A stretch of 64,000 bases of DNA. Origin: an uncultured Bacteroidales bacterium (lineage in GTDB: Bacteria > Bacteroidota > Bacteroidia > Bacteroidales > VadinHA17). Where the stretch lies: positions 172,466 to 236,465 of the forward strand of contig CAVWCO010000005.1 of the NCBI GenBank assembly GCA_963753495.1, written 5' to 3'. Shown here in pieces: positions 23,771-34,272 of this stretch. The notes below the pieces were generated by a model. That model was not told the origin of the DNA. It searched no databases and was given only the letters and a program-made list of their open reading frames with translations. A program made the translations under genes and the position numbers. The first letter of the stretch is position 1, and every line of letters starts with the position of its first letter.

Positions 23771-23827
23771 GACATATTCTTGATATTATCCGAAAAATTA
23801 AAGCTCCCTCCGGGTGTTTGGGGTGGA

Positions 23828-26185
23828 TTATTCGTATCGTAATGCCTCGACCGGATTCCTTGTTGCTGCCCTCCAGCTTTGTAAAATCACTGTAAATAGC
23901 GCTATTCCAAGTGCAATAATTCCACCCAATGCAAATATCCACCAGCTGAGTTCTGTTTTATAAGAAAAATTTTCAAGCCACCTATGCATCCCAAACCATG
24001 CAACAGGTAAGGCAATTGCAAAAGCAATAATAACCCATTTTATGAAATCTTTGTTAAGCATGTTCAGTATTTCGGAAACCTTTGCCCCATTCACTTTCCG
24101 GATACCGATTTCTTTGGTACGGCGTTCAATCAGAAATACGGATAAACCCATCATACCAAGTATTGCAATAGAAATAGCAACTATCATAAAGTAGCTGAAT
24201 ATTGTTCTCATTTTTTCTTCTGACTTATAAAGTCTGTTATACCGATCATTTAAGTATTCAAAGGAAAAAGGATAGTCAGAAGCATTATAAACATTCCAGG
24301 TTTTTTCAATAAAAGTAAGTGTCTGGTTCATTTCGAATGGCGCAACCCGTATTGATACAAGATCAAAATCAGATGGGTCATAATACATTATTACCGGACT
24401 TATCTGGTTGTGCAACGATTCATAATTAAAATCTTTTACAACACCGATTACATTTCCTTTCCAGCCGCCATATTCTATTATCCTGCCGATTGCTTCTTCA
24501 GGGGTTTTCCAGCCGATTTTTTTTACTGCCGATTCATTAATAATATATCCAAAGTCAGCAGAAATATTCTCATAAAAATTTCTGCCAGCGGCAAGATTAA
24601 TTCTATAAGTGGGAATAAAATGCTGGTCAATCCTTACACTGGCTAATCTGAAGCCCAATGGAGTAACATCACCTTCGGAAATTATATTTGCATCATTGGA
24701 ATCCATGAGCCCGTCGGATGGTACTCGTTTCGATGCGGAAATATTTAAAATATTGGGATTTTGAGTTAATTGTTGCCTGAATGCATCAAGTTTATCTATT
24801 AATAGCGGAGTTGCCGGTATCACAATGATATTTTCTTTGTCGAGACCTAAATCTTTGTTATTGATGTAATTCAATTGTCTGGAGACTAATAAAAATGAGA
24901 TAATCAATACTATAGAAACAATAAACTGAAATACCACGAGAGCGTTGCGAAAAAATGTCTTTCGGATTTTAAAATTTTCTCCTGTATCTGCTACCCCTGG
25001 TCTAAACGATGATAAAACAAGGACAGGATAGATCCCTGAGAATACTCCAGTCAATATAGATAAAACAACAAATCCAACTATCAGGGTTATATTTTCTCTG
25101 ATTTTAAATTCAAGAGAGTTATCAGAAATTTTTATAAAATCTGAAATAATTGAAACAAGATATATAGCAACAAGCAACGCAACGAAACAAAACAAAACCG
25201 ATTCAACCAGTAATTGTAATGTCAATTTTTTCTGCTCAGCTCCGATTATCTTTTTAATTTTAAATTCCTTCAGTCGTTTGAAATACAATGCAGCATTTAA
25301 ATTCATATAGTTAATACTGCCTATAATCAGGATCAGCAGGGCGATTGATATTAAAATATAAATATATGAACGGCTCCCATACCAATTGAAATGTATGTCT
25401 GTTAATCTTTCCAATCTGATTTTAGTCGAACTTGAGCCATAATCAAAATACTTATCAATGAACTGATCTAATTTATTATCAAAGCCGGATGGTAAATTTG
25501 GAATCAGGGCAAAAGTCTCATAATTATTGCTGCCCCAGTCTTTTAATTCATCTTTACCAAAAAATGATTCCGCAGTATTGAAGGATATGAAGAAATCAGG
25601 ATTAAAATGACTGTTTCCTTTCCATCTTTTAAAGACACCTGTAATCTGTAACGCGTATTTTTCCCCTTTTTCATCTTTAAATTCTAAGTTTTTCCCGATA
25701 ACATCAAGTTCGCGAAAATATTTATAAGCTGCATCCTCAGATATAATTGTAGTGAATGGATCAGTGAGTAGATTATTGTCCAGAGGTAACCCTTCGAAAT
25801 CAAAAATTTTTAACACATCAGGTTCTGCCAAACATACATTGTTTTCAACCATTTTTTGGCCCGCCGATGAGAAAACCATATCCATATAATAAACTCTGGC
25901 GATATTTTGAATTTCGGGGAATTCTTTTTTTAGCAATGGGGCTATAACAGGAGCTATATAAGGTAAATGGAGGTTCTCTGCGCCATTTGAATCATAGAAA
26001 AATCTGTGAACGCGATAAATATTTCTGCTGTTTCTATGAAATCTGTCATAGCTAAGTTCATTTTTTGTCCAGAGGGCTATGAAAATTACGCACACAAAGC
26101 CTAAAACCAATCCCCAGAGGTTAATTGCGGTAATGAGGGAATTTCTTTTAGCATTTCTGATTATGGATGTGAAAAACTGATTCAT
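23828..26185 (-). CDS. ABC transporter permease, MacB/FtsX-like (P6)
   Basis: 785 aa; ELSYDRFH, VVFQFIVS and NPVEALRYE. Confidence 0.92.
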   Translation of the reverse strand: MNQFFTSIIRNAKRNSLITAINLWGLVLGFVCVIFIALWTKNELSYDRFHRNSRNIYRVHRFFYDSNGAENLHLPYIAPVIAPLLKKEFPEIQNIARVYYMDMVFSSAGQKMVENNVCLAEPDVLKIFDFEGLPLDNNLLTDPFTTIISEDAAYKYFRELDVIGKNLEFKDEKGEKYALQITGVFKRWKGNSHFNPDFFISFNTAESFFGKDELKDWGSNNYETFALIPNLPSGFDNKLDQFIDKYFDYGSSSTKIRLERLTDIHFNWYGSRSYIYILISIALLILIIGSINYMNLNAALYFKRLKEFKIKKIIGAEQKKLTLQLLVESVLFCFVALLVAIYLVSIISDFIKISDNSLEFKIRENITLIVGFVVLSILTGVFSGIYPVLVLSSFRPGVADTGENFKIRKTFFRNALVVFQFIVSIVLIISFLLVSRQLNYINNKDLGLDKENIIVIPATPLLIDKLDAFRQQLTQNPNILNISASKRVPSDGLMDSNDANIISEGDVTPLGFRLASVRIDQHFIPTYRINLAAGRNFYENISADFGYIINESAVKKIGWKTPEEAIGRIIEYGGWKGNVIGVVKDFNYESLHNQISPVIMYYDPSDFDLVSIRVAPFEMNQTLTFIEKTWNVYNASDYPFSFEYLNDRYNRLYKSEEKMRTIFSYFMIVAISIAILGMMGLSVFLIERRTKEIGIRKVNGAKVSEILNMLNKDFIKWVIIAFAIALPVAWFGMHRWLENFSYKTELSWWIFALGGIIALGIALFTVILQSWRAATRNPVEALRYE

Positions 26186-26336
26186 TTTAAATTAATATTT
26201 ATTTTGCTTCAAATATTTTCTATGTCCTGGAAGCTCCATCGGGACAGGTTTCGATTTCGAAGATCTCCGCTATTCCCATTACTCATTCCGGGGAGCCTCA
26301 AAACTGAAGCTTCGCCCGCTGTATCGGCTCTCCTCA

Positions 26337-28700
26337 CTATTCGTATCGGAGAGCCTCAACAGGATTCCTCGTGGCTGCCCTCAAACTTTGCCAGCTGACG
26401 GTTAATAGAGCAATTATTATTGCTGACATGCCTGCTAAAGCGAATATCCACCAGCTGAGCTCTGTTTTGTATGCAAAACGCTTAAGCCAGACTGTCATGA
26501 TATATAGTGATAACGGAACTGAAACGACAATAGCGATCATAACCCATCTTATAAAATCTATATTAAGAAGGTACAGAACTTCAAATACAGAAGATCCGTT
26601 AACCTTTCTTATCCCTACCTCTTTGGTCCTTTTAGAAATGCTGATAAGAGCTATACCGAACAATCCCATCATAGAGAGCACAGTTGCCAGCAGGGAAAAT
26701 GCTCCGATAATATTAGCGTGATTCCTTTCCCGGCTGTAAAAGTCAGTAACCTGATCGGTAAGATACCTGACTTCAAAGATCTCATCCGGTGAAATCTGAT
26801 TATAGAGTTCCCTTAATTTCTTAATAATAGCCACATCATTTGTCCTGTCCGTTTTTATTGCGATCAGTCCCATCCTGTCGGGATTCTGCTGAAGAATAAC
26901 CATCGGTTCTATTAAAGTATGGAGTGAATGGGCATTGAAATCTTTTACAATTCCCCTTATTTTGAATCCGAGGAAGAGATCTCCCGCTTTGAGATTATGC
27001 TTTAAGGCACTTGATTCATTTATCAGTACACCGCTGTTGGGGTGCAGTTCCCCGAATGACTCCCCCTCTTTGACTTCAATACCAAGTAATTCTGTCATTC
27101 CTTCGCCCATTATCAACCCGTCAAATCTCACCTTCTCACCCTCGGGAGTGGCTAAATTTACCGGCAGGTAGTTTCCGAAAGGCGGAATATACGATCCTCC
27201 AGCAGTTCTGATAACTCCGGGTATCTTCTCAATTTCATCACAAATAGCTGAGAAACTCTTCCTGAGCTCATCAGTATTCAGGTCACTGACAAGGATGTCC
27301 TGTGGATTTATCCCTTTATATCCGGAGAGGGAGAATCTTATCTGTTTGGATACTGTTATTGTGCCTACAACAAGGATAATGTATATACTGAAATGAAATA
27401 TAAGGAAGGAGTAAGCCCATCTGCCGCGCCGGGAATTGATGGAGCTTTTTCCAGAAAGCAGCTGGATTGCCGGGATCCTTGAAAAATTATAGCCAATCAG
27501 CAGACCTGATATTGTACCTGTAAATATAATTACCAGCACGATAAGCAACCATATTATGGGACTATAGAAAACCTCATTGCTAAGAGTTTTATTTAGTGAG
27601 TTATTGATAAAGGTTACTCCTAAATCAATGATGAATGTTGCAGGTATCAGACTCAGAATTGCAACAAGGTTCGATTCCAGTATTATCTGGTTTCGGAGAG
27701 TTTTTCGCGATGCCCCGAATGCTTTCCTGGTTCCAAACTCACGAAGCCTGAATGAAGTCCCTGCCCGGGTGAGAAGAATATAGTTGATTACAGAGATTAA
27801 TAATATAAGAAGTGATATAGCCTCATAATACTTGAGTTCATTCGCATTCCCGGTCCTGAGAAACGGTACGGCTCCGATTTCCCCGGATTTAAGATATATA
27901 TCGCTTACAGGCTGAAAAGAGTATTTCAGATCCTTAATCGCTTCATTATTAATAAGATCCTTGTATTTTTCCATTTTCCCTGACAATGCCTGCTTCCCGG
28001 CACTTTTGTCAAGCAACACAAATGATAGAAATTCATTGTACCTCCAGTCTAATCTGGATAAACTGTCATTCCCGTAAATACCTAATGATCGCTGAAACTG
28101 GCTGAACATCTTTTCTGATAATTCAATATTTGCAATAAAATCGGGGTAAAGTGTCGAACTCGACGGGAAATCATTATAAACGCCTGTTACAACCAGGTCC
28201 AGAAAACTGTCATTTAATTTAACAGGTATCACTTCACCCAGTGGCGAAAGAGTTCCGAAATATTTCATGGCACTCTTTTCCGAGATTGCAACTTCGTTTA
28301 CGGCAAGGGCCGGCACTCCGGATATCAGATTAATGCCAATAATTTTATAGATGGACGGATCAGAAAATCCAAAATTTTGGTCTCTCACCACCTCATTCCT
28401 ATTATTGCGTAGCTGAATGTTATTTGTCTGATAAAATCTGAAGAAATCCTTTACCTCCGGAAATTCTCTTTTCATTTCTTCAGCTAAAGGATAATGAGTG
28501 ACACCCGAGTTTCCAAGAACTATCCTGAATACATTACTGTGGTCGGGAATAAACCTGTTAAATGAGGTCTCATGAAGTATCAATGCCAGCAATAAAATTA
28601 TGCATCCCAAGCCAATACCTAAACCCAGTATACTTATAACCGAATGAATATTATTGCGGATTATGCTTCTGACTGCTGTTTTAAAATTTGAGTTTATCAT
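26337..28700 (-). CDS. ABC transporter permease, MacB/FtsX-like (P7, first gene of the array)
   Basis: 787 aa; KEVGIRKVNG and NPVEALRYE. Confidence 0.92.
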   Translation of the reverse strand: MINSNFKTAVRSIIRNNIHSVISILGLGIGLGCIILLLALILHETSFNRFIPDHSNVFRIVLGNSGVTHYPLAEEMKREFPEVKDFFRFYQTNNIQLRNNRNEVVRDQNFGFSDPSIYKIIGINLISGVPALAVNEVAISEKSAMKYFGTLSPLGEVIPVKLNDSFLDLVVTGVYNDFPSSSTLYPDFIANIELSEKMFSQFQRSLGIYGNDSLSRLDWRYNEFLSFVLLDKSAGKQALSGKMEKYKDLINNEAIKDLKYSFQPVSDIYLKSGEIGAVPFLRTGNANELKYYEAISLLILLISVINYILLTRAGTSFRLREFGTRKAFGASRKTLRNQIILESNLVAILSLIPATFIIDLGVTFINNSLNKTLSNEVFYSPIIWLLIVLVIIFTGTISGLLIGYNFSRIPAIQLLSGKSSINSRRGRWAYSFLIFHFSIYIILVVGTITVSKQIRFSLSGYKGINPQDILVSDLNTDELRKSFSAICDEIEKIPGVIRTAGGSYIPPFGNYLPVNLATPEGEKVRFDGLIMGEGMTELLGIEVKEGESFGELHPNSGVLINESSALKHNLKAGDLFLGFKIRGIVKDFNAHSLHTLIEPMVILQQNPDRMGLIAIKTDRTNDVAIIKKLRELYNQISPDEIFEVRYLTDQVTDFYSRERNHANIIGAFSLLATVLSMMGLFGIALISISKRTKEVGIRKVNGSSVFEVLYLLNIDFIRWVMIAIVVSVPLSLYIMTVWLKRFAYKTELSWWIFALAGMSAIIIALLTVSWQSLRAATRNPVEALRYE

Positions 28701-28726
28701 GATAAAAACTAATTATTAATTATTAC

Positions 28727-28742
28727 TGCCATTATAATGCCA
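28727..28742 (-). promoter_or_regulatory. Putative sigma-54 -24/-12 promoter of the permease array
   Basis: Minus strand reads TGGCATTATAATGGCA, with GG and GC spaced as in TGGCACGNNNNTTGCW; ~27 nt upstream of the P7 ATG, next to a sigma-54 activator gene. Confidence 0.65.
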
Positions 28743-28795
28743 CAATTGTATATGGCTGGTTAATAGGTTTATAAATATTGCATTTATTTTAAATA

Positions 28796-28834
28796 GTAAA
28801 TATATTATACGAATAACTGTAAAAATATTATACG
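28796..28834. promoter_or_regulatory. Tandem putative activator-binding (UAS) sites
   Basis: GTAAATATATTATACG (28796-28811) and GTAAAAATATTATACG (28819-28834), 15/16 identical, each GTA-N9-TAC. Confidence 0.5.
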
Positions 28835-28927
28835 TAATGTTATTTAATAGTTTTATATCAAGTAAATTTGAATTACAAATGGTCAGGGAGTAGGTTGCAG
28901 CGATAAAGATTGTTGATATTAAAACAC

Positions 28928-30298
28928 ATGCAGACCCAAAAAGGTAATATTCTTATAGTAGATGATAACAAAAGCATCCTCAGCGCACTCGATATCCTTC
29001 TTACTCCTGTGTTCGGTGAGATCACTTCAATTTCAAATCCCAATCTGATACCGACCGAACTGAAAAAGAAGGATTACAATCTTGTAGTCCTTGATATGAA
29101 TTTCAGTGCAGGAGTAAATACAGGCAACGAGGGGATATTCTGGCTCAATAAGATCAAGGAAACAAATCCCGAAATATCAGTAGTAATGATCACCGCCTAT
29201 GGAGACATTGACACTGCAGTGAGGGCATTGAAGGCTGGAGCATCTGATTTTGTTCTTAAACCATGGGATAACGAGAAACTCCTGGCCACACTCAGTCTTG
29301 CTTTAGAGCTGAACCTTTCCAGAATTGAGGTTAAGGACCTGAAAGAGAGAGAAAATGGATTAAAAAAGGAAATTAACCGTGACCATAGATTCATCATGGG
29401 TTCATCATCTGAACTGATGAGGGTGCTTAATCTTGTAAGGAAGGTTGCAAAAACTGATGCAAATGTTCTGATCACGGGTGAGAATGGTACAGGAAAGGAA
29501 CTTGTTGCGCAGGAGATTCACCGCCTCTCGGCCAGGGCCAGGGAAGTCATGGTAAGTGTTGATATCGGGTCGTTAAGTGAGACTCTGTTCGAGAGTGAGC
29601 TGTTCGGGCATGTAAAAGGTTCGTTTACAGATGCTCGCGAAAACCGGCAGGGAAAATTCGAAACAGCCGATAAGGGAACTCTTTTTCTTGATGAAATTGG
29701 AAATCTGTCCTTTCATCTTCAGGCTAAGCTTCTGGCTGCAATTGAGAACCGGCAGATTACGCGCCTGGGATCAAACCAGCAAATAGCCGTTGATATCAGG
29801 CTGATCTGTGCAACCAACAGGAACATTGAAAGCATGGTTAAAGACGGACTCTTCAGAGAAGACCTTCTGTACAGGATTAATACAATTCAGATTGAACTTC
29901 CTCCTTTGAGGGAAAGAGGGAATGATATTATTATACTTGCGGAGTTCTTCCTTAAGAAATATACATTCAAATATAAAAAGCCTGATATTAAGATCAACCG
30001 GCAGGCGATCGATAAACTTCTCAGTTATGAATGGCCGGGTAATATCCGCGAGCTTCAGCATACAATAGAAAAAGCTGTGATTTTAAGTGAATCTTCAGTT
30101 CTGAAACCTGACGATCTGTCCCTTAAATCACCTTTCACGGCATTCAACAACAATTCTTTTATAACTCTTGATGAAATGGAAAGCCAGATGATCCGGCAGG
30201 CTCTTGAAAAAAATAATGGTAACTTCACTGCTGCGGCAGATCAGCTCGGAATTACCCGTCAGACCCTGTACAACAGGTTAAAAAGACAAAAAGGATGA
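28928..30298 (+). CDS. Sigma-54-dependent response regulator (REC-AAA+-Fis HTH)
   Basis: ILIVDD receiver, GENGTGKE Walker [43 protein letters not shown]. Confidence 0.95.
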   Translation: MQTQKGNILIVDDNKSILSALDILLTPVFGEITSISNPNLIPTELKKKDYNLVVLDMNFSAGVNTGNEGIFWLNKIKETNPEISVVMITAYGDIDTAVRALKAGASDFVLKPWDNEKLLATLSLALELNLSRIEVKDLKERENGLKKEINRDHRFIMGSSSELMRVLNLVRKVAKTDANVLITGENGTGKELVAQEIHRLSARAREVMVSVDIGSLSETLFESELFGHVKGSFTDARENRQGKFETADKGTLFLDEIGNLSFHLQAKLLAAIENRQITRLGSNQQIAVDIRLICATNRNIESMVKDGLFREDLLYRINTIQIELPPLRERGNDIIILAEFFLKKYTFKYKKPDIKINRQAIDKLLSYEWPGNIRELQHTIEKAVILSESSVLKPDDLSLKSPFTAFNNNSFITLDEMESQMIRQALEKNNGNFTAAADQLGITRQTLYNRLKRQKG

Positions 30299-31647
30299 TA
30301 AGCAGAAATCTCTATCTTAATTTATTGGTAAGAGTCCTGATTCTGGTAGCATTGTCAGTCCTCGCTGGCTATTTGATCGCAACCGGCAGATCATTGAGGT
30401 ACTCTCTTGTATGTTTTGTGGCAATAGCAATACTTACGGCAAATCTGATATCATTCCTGAATGTCACCAATAAAAAGATCCGGTACTTCTTCGATTCAGT
30501 CCGAAATGATGATTCCAACCTTTTCTTTCCTGTTGATGAGAAAAACAAAACGGTAAAGGAGATCTACAGGAATATGAACAGGATCAATGAGCAGTTACAG
30601 AAACTGAAGATTGAGAACAGGAATCAGGAGGAATATTTCCGTATTTTAATTGAACATCTGGCTATAGGGATAATCACATTTGACAATAAAGGCTTCATTT
30701 TACATTCCAATTCAACTGCAAGAAAGCTCCTTGAGACTGATGTCCTTACTCATATCAGGCAAATTGAACGGGTTGACGGGAAATTGTTTCAGGCAATAAG
30801 CAGCATAAAGCCTTCCGAACGGCGGCTTGTGCCGATAAACACCGAAAGGGGCGAAATTCAACTTGCCCTTAAAGCCGCTTCATTCAGGACTAAAAATGAT
30901 GAGCTTGTAATTCTGTCAGTCCATGACATCAAGAACGAACTGGATGAGAAGGAGGTGGAATCATGGATGAAGCTGATACGCATCCTGATGCATGAAATTA
31001 TGAATTCAATAACGCCAATTACATCGCTTTCAGAAAGCCTCACTCATATCTACAGTAATGAAGGGAAAGCAGTATTGCCTGATCAGATTACCTCAAAAAT
31101 GATAGCTACAACACTTCAGGGATTAAATGTTATTAAGGACCAGGGAAAGGGTCTTATGTCGTTTGTCGAATCGTACAGGAAGCTTACGCGCATTCCGGTG
31201 CCGGACAAAAAGTTATTCAGGATATCAGAACTTTTTAACCGGGTGAAAACGCTTTATGATTCCGAGGGAAGAAGTGGCAAACCTGAGTTGTCTTTTTCTG
31301 TAAATAATACTGATCTTGAACTTTTTGCCGACCAGAATCTGATTTCCCAGGTTTTGATCAATCTTGTTAAAAATGCACAGGAGGCGATTGAAAATACTCA
31401 GGAAGGCAGAGTAATGATAAGTGCCGCCACAAACCAGGATCTTCATCCGGAGATCTGTGTTTCAGATAATGGTCCGGGTATCCCGCCGGAAAACCTTGAT
31501 GAGATATTTGTGCCGTTTTTTACCACAAGGCAGAACGGGTCGGGAATTGGTCTGAGCTTATCCCGTCAGATCATGAGAGTGCATGGAGGGAACCTTAAAG
31601 TCATATCCGTACCCGGGAGGGGTACAACATTCTGCCTGACTTTCTAA
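30295..31647 (+). CDS. Sensor histidine kinase (NtrY-like)
   Basis: Two TMs, [10 protein letters not shown]-box, NLVKNA, DNGPGI and GSGIGLS; overlaps the regulator stop. Confidence 0.93.
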   Translation: MISRNLYLNLLVRVLILVALSVLAGYLIATGRSLRYSLVCFVAIAILTANLISFLNVTNKKIRYFFDSVRNDDSNLFFPVDEKNKTVKEIYRNMNRINEQLQKLKIENRNQEEYFRILIEHLAIGIITFDNKGFILHSNSTARKLLETDVLTHIRQIERVDGKLFQAISSIKPSERRLVPINTERGEIQLALKAASFRTKNDELVILSVHDIKNELDEKEVESWMKLIRILMHEIMNSITPITSLSESLTHIYSNEGKAVLPDQITSKMIATTLQGLNVIKDQGKGLMSFVESYRKLTRIPVPDKKLFRISELFNRVKTLYDSEGRSGKPELSFSVNNTDLELFADQNLISQVLINLVKNAQEAIENTQEGRVMISAATNQDLHPEICVSDNGPGIPPENLDEIFVPFFTTRQNGSGIGLSLSRQIMRVHGGNLKVISVPGRGTTFCLTF

Positions 31648-32888
31648 TCGTACTTAATGGCTTTCACCGGAGCAATCCGGCTTATGAGCTGCGATGGTAT
31701 CAGGAGCATCAGGATAATTGCCGCCATTGTTCCGGCATTAAGCAGAAGTATATGCGAAAGCTCAAGATTCACAGGTACCATTTTAATATAATACGATGAC
31801 GGATCGAGGGTGATGAGTCCTGTTTTAAGCTGAATCAAGGCCAGCCCTATGCCGACAATGTTTCCCCACAGCAATCCTTTCCCAATCAGGTATGCAGCCT
31901 GGTAAAGGAAGACTTTCCGTATTGTGCTGTTTTCAGAACCAAGAGCCTTAAAGATCCCGATCATGTTTGTTTTTTCGAGTATAAGAATCAGCAATCCTGA
32001 TATCATATTAAAACCGGCAACCAGAAGCATTAATGTGATAATTATTATCACATTCAAATCCTGAAAATTAAGCCAGTCAAAAATCTGCGGATATCTTTGT
32101 CTTATATTTGTGACTCTGAACTGGGGTTCATTTTCCACGAGCCTGTACCCGACAACATCCCTGACTGCCTTTGTCATCTCGTCGAGTTTGTCGAAATCAT
32201 CAATGAATATTTCAAATCCGCTTACCTGGTCATCTTCCCACCCGTTCAGTCGCTTTATATGGCCTATGTCGCAGTAAACGTACATCTTGTCAAACTCCTC
32301 AAGGCTGGTTTCATATATGCCGCTTACCGTAAACTTGCGGCTTCTGGGCGGATCCTGCACAAAATACATTGCGAAGGAATCTCCTGTCTTAAGCCTGAGC
32401 ATATCAGATATTTTTTTTGATATGATCACCTGATTTGAGCGTCCGGTATCGGTGACAGTAAAAACTGATCCGTCAACAATATTGCTTTCGAAGAATCTCC
32501 AGTTAAAATCACTGCCGACCCCTTTCAGAACAACTCCCTGGATTGCATCCCCGGTTCTGATAATTCCGGCTTTTGTTGCGAAAACCTGGATATGGCTGAT
32601 ACCAGGCATTTGTTTTATCTCAGGGATAAATGATACTGAATCGCTGACAGGAATTGTTTCAAGCGAAAGGTTTGTATCAAAATTCAATATCTGGATATTT
32701 GATCCGAATCCCACGATCTTGTCCCTAATCTGCTGCTTGAATCCTGTCAGTATCGAGACGGCTAATATCATGACTGCCAGGCCCATTGCAATACCGATAA
32801 TTGCGATGACATTTACCGGCCTTGAAAAGGAGGTCTCTTCACGCCGTCCTTTTATAAGCCTCTGAGCTATGAAATAGGGCAGGTTCAT
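31644..32888 (-). CDS. Lipoprotein-releasing ABC permease, LolC/E family
   Basis: 414 aa single MacB/FtsX unit; VAGFNMISGLLILILEKTNMIGIFKALG; -7 box TACTTTTG at 32905-32912 on the minus strand. Confidence 0.8.
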   Translation of the reverse strand: MNLPYFIAQRLIKGRREETSFSRPVNVIAIIGIAMGLAVMILAVSILTGFKQQIRDKIVGFGSNIQILNFDTNLSLETIPVSDSVSFIPEIKQMPGISHIQVFATKAGIIRTGDAIQGVVLKGVGSDFNWRFFESNIVDGSVFTVTDTGRSNQVIISKKISDMLRLKTGDSFAMYFVQDPPRSRKFTVSGIYETSLEEFDKMYVYCDIGHIKRLNGWEDDQVSGFEIFIDDFDKLDEMTKAVRDVVGYRLVENEPQFRVTNIRQRYPQIFDWLNFQDLNVIIIITLMLLVAGFNMISGLLILILEKTNMIGIFKALGSENSTIRKVFLYQAAYLIGKGLLWGNIVGIGLALIQLKTGLITLDPSSYYIKMVPVNLELSHILLLNAGTMAAIILMLLIPSQLISRIAPVKAIKYD

Positions 32889-32919
32889 TCAATAAATAAT
32901 CGTTCAAAAGTAATAAATT

Positions 32920-33010
32920 CTCTGTGTCTATCTGTGACTTCTCTGTGTTAGTTCTTATTTTCTTTATTGTTACACAGAGTGACACAGAGGTTACACAGAG
33001 TTCCACAAAG
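32920..33010. repeat. Inverted array of CTCTGTG / CACAGAG short repeats
   Basis: Three (C)TCTGTG units at 32920-32948 facing three ACACAGAG units plus CACAAAG at 32972-33010. Confidence 0.8.
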
Positions 33011-33062
33011 ACTTGACTTTCTTTGAAAAAACATTAGATTTACATTTATTACTTAACATAAA

Positions 33063-34235
33063 ATGAAAAGAATATTTATCACCATTTCAATTCTGATATT
33101 GATTGTTTTTTCCACAGAATGTTCCGGAACCAAAGAAATCCCCATCCCCGGAGCTTACCAGATTGACCAGTACAAGCATCTGATTGCAGGCAAATCGATT
33201 GCGATAGTAGCAAATCAGACATCAATGACAGGCAAAACACATCTTGTCGACACCCTTTTAAGCATGGGTATTAATGTTAGTTCGATATTTGCCCCGGAAC
33301 ATGGATTCAGGGATATGGCTGACGCAGGCGACCGGATAGCCGGCGGAAAAGATGCTCAAACAGGAGTTCCCATTATAAGCCTTTATGGAGGTCAGCTTAA
33401 ACCGACTCCGGAAAATCTTAAGGGCATCGATATTGTAATTTTCGACATCCAGGATGTTGGGGTCAGGTTCTACACGTATGGATCAACTCTGCATTATGTT
33501 CTTGAAGCATGTGCTGAGAATAATGTGGAATGCATTGTCCTTGACCGGCCTAATCCCAATGGATTCTATGTCGATGGAAATATTGCTGATACAGCGTACC
33601 GGTCATTTGTCGGCATGCACCCTGTACCGGTTGTCCATGGCATGACAATCGGCGAGTATGCCCAGATGCTGAACGGAGAAGGTTGGCTGAGAAATGGTGT
33701 GAAATGCAGGCTTACAGTTATTAAGTGTAAAAACTACACTCATAAAACCGCTTATGAACTTCCTGTAAAGCCATCCCCGAATCTTCCGAATCAGAATTCA
33801 ATTTATTTATACCCGTCAATCTGTTTTTTTGAAGGCACAAACATTTCGCTGGGAAGAGGAACTCCCTTTCCTTTCCAGGTTTACGGTTCACCAAAGCTTC
33901 CCGACACCGGGTTCAGTTTTACTCCTGAAAGCGTACCGGGAGCTAAAAATCCTCCATTCCTTGGAGTGAAATGTTATGGTGTCGATCTGCGGAATGCAAT
34001 CACCGAAAAAATTGTGCCCTCTCCAAAGTTGAATCTTGAATGGGTGATAAATGCATACAACGCTTATCCTGACAAGGATAATTTCTTTATTCCCTATTTT
34101 GATGTACTGGCTTCAGGTCCAACCCTTCGGGAGCAGATTCTTAAAGGCATGAGCGCTGAAGAGATCAGGTACTCATGGAAGGAGGGATTGGAGAAATTTG
34201 GGAAGATCAGGGCAAAATATATGCTGTATGAATAA
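33063..34235 (+). CDS. DUF1343 / NamZ-family exo-beta-N-acetylmuramidase
   Basis: FAPEHGFR, FDIQDVGVRFYTY, LDRPNPNG and PSPNLP motifs. Confidence 0.88.
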   Translation: MKRIFITISILILIVFSTECSGTKEIPIPGAYQIDQYKHLIAGKSIAIVANQTSMTGKTHLVDTLLSMGINVSSIFAPEHGFRDMADAGDRIAGGKDAQTGVPIISLYGGQLKPTPENLKGIDIVIFDIQDVGVRFYTYGSTLHYVLEACAENNVECIVLDRPNPNGFYVDGNIADTAYRSFVGMHPVPVVHGMTIGEYAQMLNGEGWLRNGVKCRLTVIKCKNYTHKTAYELPVKPSPNLPNQNSIYLYPSICFFEGTNISLGRGTPFPFQVYGSPKLPDTGFSFTPESVPGAKNPPFLGVKCYGVDLRNAITEKIVPSPKLNLEWVINAYNAYPDKDNFFIPYFDVLASGPTLREQILKGMSAEEIRYSWKEGLEKFGKIRAKYMLYE

Positions 34236-34240
34236 TTACC

Positions 34241-34272
34241 GTGCAGTCATGCAGTCGTGCAGTCGTGCAGTC
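34241..34272 (+). repeat. 8-bp tandem repeat (RTGCAGTC)x4
   Basis: GTGCAGTC ATGCAGTC GTGCAGTC GTGCAGTC just after the stop codon. Confidence 0.85.

Noticed and set aside
11533-28700. Diversity-generating retroelement or shufflon acting on permease C-termini
   Set aside because: No reverse transcriptase or invertase is present, all genes are co-oriented, and differences between the ends are not adenine-specific.
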